From Rickettsiales bacterium (lineage in GTDB: Bacteria > Pseudomonadota > Alphaproteobacteria > Rs-D84), in the NCBI GenBank assembly GCA_031265235.1, contig JAISCX010000029.1:19137-83136 (forward strand): 64,000 nucleotides of DNA, read 5' to 3'. The position numbers and the translations under genes are program-made. Positions 11,007 to 17,369 of the stretch are shown in pieces (positions within the stretch are counted from its first letter, which is position 1; the number at the start of each line of letters is the position of its first letter). The notes beneath the pieces are model-generated. The model searched no databases, had not been told where the DNA came from, and worked only from the letters and a program-made list of their open reading frames with translations.

Positions 11007-11888
11007 ATGATTATAGAAAACAAACTGGATAACTTTACATGGATTCGCGTGTATTATCCGGACAAGGACGACTTTGAGTCTCTTCTTTCCGATTATAAAA
11101 TAGATGAAGACACGCTTGGCGACATACTTGACCCGGACGAACAGCCGCGCATAGAAAGCGAAGACGATTACAAACTTATCATCATCAGATTCCCGATATC
11201 CAATTCCGAGATTGATAAAATCTGGCATACAGAGCCGATGGGGATAATATATACCAAAAGCAAAGTGGTGACCATATGCCGCAAACGCTGCGACATTTTA
11301 GACAAAATACAGCTTAGCCTTATGGAATCGAAAGAGTATTTCATACTGGACATAATAAACAAAATCGCGGAAAGATATCTGAAATCGCTGAAATCCCTGA
11401 ATACCGAAGTATTCAAGTCAAAGCAAAAATTAACGAAAAAAATACGGAAACAGCACCTGTTGAAACTGCTGGACATCGAGAACAGCTATACGCTTTACCT
11501 TGCCGGATTAAAAGGCAACAACAGCGTGATGGAAAAACTGGACAAGATGCGTTCGTTCAACAATGACGAAGAGTGCGAAGAATTGCTGGACGACGCGCGC
11601 GTCGAAATCAATCAAGCCATCGAAACAACGGTGTCTTATTCGAAAATGCTGGCGGCTATAAAGAATACTTTCGAATCGGTGATCAATATAGATTCCAATA
11701 CTTACATCAACCGACTGACTATGTGGACGATCATACTGATCGCACCGACGATCGTGGTCGGGTTTTACGGAATGAACATGGCCCTGCCCTTTGCGCAGTA
11801 TGAAATTACATCGGTTGTGATATTCTGGATGATCATGCTTTTAATCCTGGCGTACGGAATTTATTCGTTTGTTAAAAAAAGGGGTTAA
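11007..11888 (+). CDS. corA: CorA-family magnesium/cobalt transporter
   Basis: C-terminal YGMNM (GMN) signature flanked by two TM helices. 293 aa. Confidence 0.8.
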   Translation: MIIENKLDNFTWIRVYYPDKDDFESLLSDYKIDEDTLGDILDPDEQPRIESEDDYKLIIIRFPISNSEIDKIWHTEPMGIIYTKSKVVTICRKRCDILDKIQLSLMESKEYFILDIINKIAERYLKSLKSLNTEVFKSKQKLTKKIRKQHLLKLLDIENSYTLYLAGLKGNNSVMEKLDKMRSFNNDEECEELLDDARVEINQAIETTVSYSKMLAAIKNTFESVINIDSNTYINRLTMWTIILIAPTIVVGFYGMNMALPFAQYEITSVVIFWMIMLLILAYGIYSFVKKRG

Positions 11889-11921
11889 AAAATCGCCGCA
11901 ACCGCGGCGATTCTTTTTGTA
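11889..11921 (+). terminator. rho-independent terminator after corA
   Basis: AATCGCCGC-AACC-GCGGCGATT followed by CTTTTTG. Confidence 0.6.
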
Positions 11922-12026
11922 AATCAATTAGAGCGTGCCAGATGCGCCGATTAAGGCGGCGGGAGTGTATTGAACATACACGACCAAAGCTTTAATCGGT
12001 GCAGATGGTGCGTTATAATTGATTTA
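11920..12026. repeat. 107-bp imperfect palindromic element (copy X) forming the 3' end of the downstream cysteine-rich gene
   Basis: Perfect 11-bp terminal inverted repeats TAAATCAATTA / TAATTGATTTA. Central hairpin GTGTAT-TGAAC-ATACAC at the exact midpoint. Internal CAGATGCGCC boxes. The minus-strand TAA stop of the 12024..14627 gene lies inside the terminal repeat. Confidence 0.8.
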
Positions 12027-14627
12027 CATCGGGATGTCTTTGCAACTTTCGTCAGGCTTTTCTTCGGTGCATTCCATTCCGCGGCTGTCCCAAAGCCCCA
12101 AGAATCCGCGGCTGCCCTTGGTCTTGCAGTTTTTGCGAATGACCAATGTGCAGTAATGACAGTTTCGGTCTTTGCGGTTGAATATGGACCACATTTCTTT
12201 CGTGCCGCCTTCGAATTCAACCTTGTGATGATCGGATGACAACATTCCGATTGCCTTGACCGATGCATCCGCAATCATGCCCGCCGGATTTAGCGTCAAG
12301 ATCGCGCCCGCCGCGCCCAGCGCCGTACTCGTCGCGCCACCATCACTGCCGCCGGCAGCAGCACCGCTTTTTGTTTCCATTTTCGCACCGCCAAGTTTTT
12401 CAGACGAATGCGTTCCGCCAGCCGCGATAGACGCATTTGACACACCTGCGATTTCAAGAACTATGGCATACGGAATGCTGATCACACCTACGAAGTCGGA
12501 CGCCGCTATCCCTTGGGCGGAACCGTTGGTCGCCGGCAGCTTGTTGCACATCAAATTGGCAACGTCCGTGCTGGCGCTCTTGGTTGCTTCTGCCATCAAT
12601 TCATTGAACTTTTTATTATAATTATCCGTAGCCGCACGAATTGCGGACATCGCGATTGCCATCTTGATTTGATTCAACAGATTTGGGAATCTTCCCTTTG
12701 TTGAACCGCCGCCTTCTTTTATCTGGGACAAATCGCGACCGGTAATGCAATATTGAATCTTTGGATCTTGTTCGATCATATCGATCGCCGTATTTATCTT
12801 GCCCTGGATACTTTCCATTTCATAGCGCACATTATCTATGACGCTGGCGTATTCTGCCGGCACGCCCAAAGCGTCCACCTTTGCGATATAGTCTTGAATG
12901 TCAATCTTTCCGGGGGCAAGCGTTATCTCTTGACCGCTTGCATCCTTTACTTTGCTTTGTCCGTTGCCAACCTTTATCTGTCCGAAAGACAACATTCCGG
13001 TTATGCTGTATATTCCGCCGCGTTTTTGACTATTAAGCGACGACGTGCCGATGTTTTCGTCCGTCGCGAACTTGTCGCAGTCCGTAGTGCTGTCGCAGAT
13101 TTCCATCATTTTCGTGTTTACAATGTTCTGGCAATTTTCCAACGCCGAATTATCCACGTTCAAATAAAATCCCATCAGCATATTGTCTATATCGGACATG
13201 GAAAAATCTTTGTTTCCCTGCTTGCACACGACCAGCTTGTCCACCGGGCACATTTCATGCATATATTTATAATCCATGCCGATACAGTTCATAAAATCAG
13301 ATCCGCAGCGGTCGTCGGATGTAAAGCATTCCTTTACTTCCTCGGTGCAGCGATCCACGCGCATCGCGGCCAGCTTGTCCTTTACATATCCCCAGATTAA
13401 CGGTTCCATCCGTTCGCACGGGTCAATCTGATTCTTGCAGAAACTGCGCGCCATGTCCGGACGCGACAGGCATGAATCCATGGTGTCCACGCCCTTACCG
13501 ACGATATCGTCCTTGCACGCCTTTTGTATACAGCCGGAAATATCGGTCAGGCACGACTGGCGCATATTGGATTCAATGTTCAATTCCGCAGTCTTTAATT
13601 CCGGCGCGATATCGCGGATAAAGTCGGGCCACACCTGGTCCCTTACCGCGACGCATTGATCCAGAATACTTTCGCACATATTGCGTTTGGAATCCAACAT
13701 CTCGCGCGTGTTCGTCGAAATGCCATACTTGTCTATGTGCTCTACCTTTGTTTTCGCGGTGCTGACTGTCGCGGCCTGCATGTTTTCTGCCGCAACATAT
13801 TTCGCACAGCGCGACCAGTCTTCGCCACAGACATCCGGTCCCATCATGCATTTTTTAAAGCCAATCAAACAAGTCCCGCGGTCAAGTTTGTTCGATTCTT
13901 CAAATGACGCCAGACGCGCGTCGCGCACGTCTTTCTGGGCGCTTGCCAATTCCGCATCCGCCTTGCGCGATAATTCCTTTACCGCATTGTCAAAAGCCTT
14001 GCAGTCGTTTTTAACCTGGGTCGCGTAAAGCTGGGTCAGCATCATCTGATCTTTTTCGCAGGAATCCGGCATTTGATCAAGGCAAAGTCCGCGCGCGGCA
14101 TTGTAAAGCACAACCCCTGTCTTGCCGGCAACCGATTCCACGCTGCTCCAAATATCTTCGTTGTCGTCGTTCCAAAGGGACAACAAATCCAGCTTTTTTT
14201 GTTCCTTATTTGCCTTATTTTCTTTTTTTTCCAAACTGATCACATTGCCCTGGGCGTCGTATTGGCGATCCCCGCCAAAGACTATGTCTGCCTTTGCGCC
14301 GACCTGGATTTTTTCAACCTCTATCGTGCGCAGATTTTCGGCGTTTTTAAGCTGTGTCTCGATATCGGAAAGAACTTTTTCATACTTTACATTCTCGTCG
14401 CTGCATGCGCATGCACCGCCGGATTCATTGTCGGAAGTGCAGAACGAATCCATGCATCCGAAATAATTGTCGTAACATTCTTGGGAAAACAGTCCCGTTG
14501 GCTGGACTTTCTGGCGTATGGTCGTGCCGCTTGCGATAACGGACGTTTTCTTTGCGGTAACAGGGGCCGCATGCGCGTCAAAAATAAGCAATGAAAAAGA
14601 AATTGCGACAAATAATATTTTCTTCAT
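12024..14627 (-). CDS. secreted cysteine-rich protein, paralog family member P1 (867 aa)
   Basis: Signal peptide MKKILFVAISFSLLIFDAHA. Family motifs are ECYDNYFGCMDSFC...CACS, CLIGFKKCMMGPDVCGEDWSRC and CESILDQCVAV. A C-terminal Gly-rich hydrophobic (glycine-zipper) segment is followed by RNCHYC and a ...ESCKDIPM tail. Confidence 0.8.
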   Translation of the reverse strand: MKKILFVAISFSLLIFDAHAAPVTAKKTSVIASGTTIRQKVQPTGLFSQECYDNYFGCMDSFCTSDNESGGACACSDENVKYEKVLSDIETQLKNAENLRTIEVEKIQVGAKADIVFGGDRQYDAQGNVISLEKKENKANKEQKKLDLLSLWNDDNEDIWSSVESVAGKTGVVLYNAARGLCLDQMPDSCEKDQMMLTQLYATQVKNDCKAFDNAVKELSRKADAELASAQKDVRDARLASFEESNKLDRGTCLIGFKKCMMGPDVCGEDWSRCAKYVAAENMQAATVSTAKTKVEHIDKYGISTNTREMLDSKRNMCESILDQCVAVRDQVWPDFIRDIAPELKTAELNIESNMRQSCLTDISGCIQKACKDDIVGKGVDTMDSCLSRPDMARSFCKNQIDPCERMEPLIWGYVKDKLAAMRVDRCTEEVKECFTSDDRCGSDFMNCIGMDYKYMHEMCPVDKLVVCKQGNKDFSMSDIDNMLMGFYLNVDNSALENCQNIVNTKMMEICDSTTDCDKFATDENIGTSSLNSQKRGGIYSITGMLSFGQIKVGNGQSKVKDASGQEITLAPGKIDIQDYIAKVDALGVPAEYASVIDNVRYEMESIQGKINTAIDMIEQDPKIQYCITGRDLSQIKEGGGSTKGRFPNLLNQIKMAIAMSAIRAATDNYNKKFNELMAEATKSASTDVANLMCNKLPATNGSAQGIAASDFVGVISIPYAIVLEIAGVSNASIAAGGTHSSEKLGGAKMETKSGAAAGGSDGGATSTALGAAGAILTLNPAGMIADASVKAIGMLSSDHHKVEFEGGTKEMWSIFNRKDRNCHYCTLVIRKNCKTKGSRGFLGLWDSRGMECTEEKPDESCKDIPM

Positions 14628-14644
14628 TTTTTCTCTCTCTCCTA

Positions 14645-14751
14645 AAAATCAATCAGGATGGTGTAGATGCGTGGATTCGCAGACCCGACGTGTATTGGAC
14701 ATACACGAGGGTCGGTGAATGCGCGCAGATGCGCCATTATGATTGATTTTA
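14645..14751. repeat. 107-bp imperfect palindromic element (copy Y) forming the 3' end of the second cysteine-rich gene
   Basis: Terminal inverted repeats AAAATCAATCA / TGATTGATTTT (11/11), central GTGTAT-TGGAC-ATACAC hairpin at the midpoint, TAGATGCG / CAGATGCGCC boxes. The TAA stop of the 14749..16791 gene sits in the terminal repeat. Same length as copy X and alignable with it. Confidence 0.8.
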
Positions 14752-16791
14752 CATATTTACGTCCTCGCAGGATTCAAGTTCCTGGCAGAATTCTTTCGTG
14801 CCGCCGGACATCATTCCCATCAGCCCCCCGCCAACGCCGCCGACAATCGCGCCGATCGCCGTGCCCCATCCCGGCGTTACCATTGTTCCGGCCGACGCGC
14901 CCGCGGCCAGTCCGCCGGCCGCACCCTTCATCGCCGACGCGCCTTTTTCTTCGCCGCCGACTTCGCATACTTTTTGAACGCGGCAGATGTGACAGTTGCG
15001 CAAAGACGGTTCAAAGTGAACGCTTGCGATCCAGACATTGTCCGTATCTTTGTGATCCGATTTCATTTTTTCGCACGCGGCTTTGGCATCATTCAAATCT
15101 TCTTTGCGGGCCAATTCCACCACTTTTGCCTGATACGCGCGCTGGGCGCGGCCCTCGGCCGAAACCTTGGCCAGCAATTTTGCCGTGGTGAACACGTTCT
15201 TGCCCAGTCCGTTGCCGCTGCACTGCGTCACAGTCGTATCTTTTTCAAACTGTTTGAAGAAATTGTCCACTTCCTTGTCCGCATTCGCGCGCCAATCCAC
15301 GATGGCAGAAGACTTTTTCATGGCCGAAATCTGATCGTCCGACGGCAAGCATGACATATCCGTTCCGCATACGCGGCCCAGCGCGTCGCTGAAATAGTTG
15401 ATGCAGCCCTGCATCATCTGGTAATCCATTTGCAGCAATGTGCTGGACACGATCACGTCAAACTGCGTCTGACCCTTGCAGCTTGGGAACATGTTCTGTG
15501 GGCACAGTGCGACGATATCGCGCGGCTTTTTGCCAACGCACGCAGGATTGGTGAAATTCGCGCCACACTTTTCCTGCAAGCATTTGTCGATGTCGTTCTG
15601 GCAGAACCGCACGCGCAGGAATCCAAGCTTGTCATTAATGGATGTTTTGATTCCAGGCACCAAAGTATTGCATTCGTTTATGACCGGACACACGCCGGCG
15701 GCGATGTTCACATTATCCAGACATTGTGAATTCGTCGTGGGCGAACAAGAATCTTCCAAACATGCCTGGATCCGTGCAAAGCATGTTCCGCGACGGTTTT
15801 TGTCCGCGTATTCCGCGGCGTCCGCCAGAACCATCTTGGATTCCGCGGTCCAGTCTTCCAAAACATACTTTTTAACGGCCATGCATTGGTCAAGCACGTT
15901 GTCGCATGCATTCGCGCGCCGGGCCAAAAGTTCCGCGTCAAGACAGTTTTCAAAATTCGCGCCGCATCCGCCCTTGTCCGCGATGCAGTTTTTATACGTG
16001 ATCAGGCATTCGCCGCGATTATATTTGTTGGTGGTGTCAAGCATTTCGAATCTTGCCGCGCGCACGGCCTTGTCCGCGGCGGTTTTGTTGCCCGACGCAA
16101 TTTTCTTTTGGTCGTCCAAGAATGTCGTGAATGATTTGCAGTCTGCGGTAATCTGCCGCTCATAAAGCATTTCTTCCATTTTCGCGTCTTTGCCGCATGC
16201 TTTTAAATGGCGGCTGCATGATTCATACGCCATCGCGTAAAGATCGTCGCCAATGTCCATATCTTCGTCCAGCGATACGCCGTCGCCGCCACCGTAAACC
16301 CAAGACATAAAGTCAATGCCGCTTTTTTTCGCTTTCTCGCTTTGCCCGAATACCAGCACGGCTTTCGCGCCCAGCTTTTCGCGCTCGACGCCTTCGCCGA
16401 ACAATTTTTCGGCGGCGGCCTGGATATCGTTGATTTCTTTAATCAGCGGCTTGGAACGCGCGATATTGCCGGAACAGCTGCAGCGTTCACCTTCTGACGC
16501 GTCCATCAGACAGAACTGATCCATACAGTCGCGGTATGGCGCGCGGCATTCTTCACTGCTGCCGGTCACCGGTTCTTCGGCTTTTTTACCGCTGAAATCC
16601 GGTTTTATTTCTTGTTTCTCTTCCTCGTTCTGCGAATGCATGCTTACCCCCGCGACAACCGTGGTCACACGATTGTCCGCAATAGCAGGACGGACGCCGA
16701 CGCGCGCGGTATCGGTATTGTCCGCAGCGGACGCACAAAAAAACAGTAATACGGAAAACGCCGGCAGCATTGCCGTTATTGATCTCTTCAT
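14749..16791 (-). CDS. secreted cysteine-rich protein, paralog family member P2 (680 aa)
   Basis: Signal peptide MKRSITAMLPAFSVLLFFCASA. Family motifs are ECRAPYRDCMDQFC...CSCSG, CLITYKNCIADKGGCGANFENC and CDNVLDQCMAV. The C-terminus carries RNCHIC, a Gly-zipper segment and a ...ESCEDVNM tail. Colinear with P1 over most of its length. Confidence 0.8.
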   Translation of the reverse strand: MKRSITAMLPAFSVLLFFCASAADNTDTARVGVRPAIADNRVTTVVAGVSMHSQNEEEKQEIKPDFSGKKAEEPVTGSSEECRAPYRDCMDQFCLMDASEGERCSCSGNIARSKPLIKEINDIQAAAEKLFGEGVEREKLGAKAVLVFGQSEKAKKSGIDFMSWVYGGGDGVSLDEDMDIGDDLYAMAYESCSRHLKACGKDAKMEEMLYERQITADCKSFTTFLDDQKKIASGNKTAADKAVRAARFEMLDTTNKYNRGECLITYKNCIADKGGCGANFENCLDAELLARRANACDNVLDQCMAVKKYVLEDWTAESKMVLADAAEYADKNRRGTCFARIQACLEDSCSPTTNSQCLDNVNIAAGVCPVINECNTLVPGIKTSINDKLGFLRVRFCQNDIDKCLQEKCGANFTNPACVGKKPRDIVALCPQNMFPSCKGQTQFDVIVSSTLLQMDYQMMQGCINYFSDALGRVCGTDMSCLPSDDQISAMKKSSAIVDWRANADKEVDNFFKQFEKDTTVTQCSGNGLGKNVFTTAKLLAKVSAEGRAQRAYQAKVVELARKEDLNDAKAACEKMKSDHKDTDNVWIASVHFEPSLRNCHICRVQKVCEVGGEEKGASAMKGAAGGLAAGASAGTMVTPGWGTAIGAIVGGVGGGLMGMMSGGTKEFCQELESCEDVNM

Positions 16792-16916
16792 CTCTTATCC
16801 CCGATGTTGGTACGTGTTAATTTTATCAGAAAAAGTTAAAAGAATAAAGTTAAAAATTGAAATTTCGATCGTTGCGCGACAGCGCAGGCCGACATTTTAA
16901 CTTTCGGTTTTAATAA

Positions 16917-16945
16917 AAAAATCCGCCGTCCGGCGGATTTTTTTA
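16917..16945. terminator. bidirectional rho-independent terminator downstream of infA
   Basis: AAAATCCGCCGTCCGGCGGATTTTTTT. The identical 28-nt module recurs at 25499. Confidence 0.7.
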
Positions 16946-17200
16946 TTCGGTCGGCACAGCGTCGGTCGGCGCGGGCGCGCGATTGCGTTCGGCGCGCGTT
17001 ATGCGGCCCTTGTCCAGATCATACGGGGTCATTTCAACCTGGACCTTTTCGCCAACGTTCACCCAGATGCGATTTTTTCGCATCTTGCCGCACACGGTCG
17101 CGACAATCTCGTGCCCATTTTCTAACCGGACGCGAAACATTGTGTTGGGCATTTTATCCACAACCACACCGCTGAAAGTTATAACTTCGTCTCTTGCCAT
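16943..17200 (-). CDS. infA: translation initiation factor IF-1
   Basis: [69 protein letters not shown] is an S1-like fold and the IF-1 consensus. Confidence 0.9.
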   Translation of the reverse strand: MARDEVITFSGVVVDKMPNTMFRVRLENGHEIVATVCGKMRKNRIWVNVGEKVQVEMTPYDLDKGRITRAERNRAPAPTDAVPTE

Positions 17201-17369
17201 AAAAAACCTTTATTTTATGCGGACAATAGTATCCATAAAAATTGAAAAAATCAAGGATATAATCGTGCGGGCGGTTCGTGCCGGTGCGGGCGGGTGGCGA
17301 TCGGCGCAATCCACTATTTTTCCTCTTGCCCCGCAATAATTAAATAAGCTAGAATCAAATTCATAGAGT

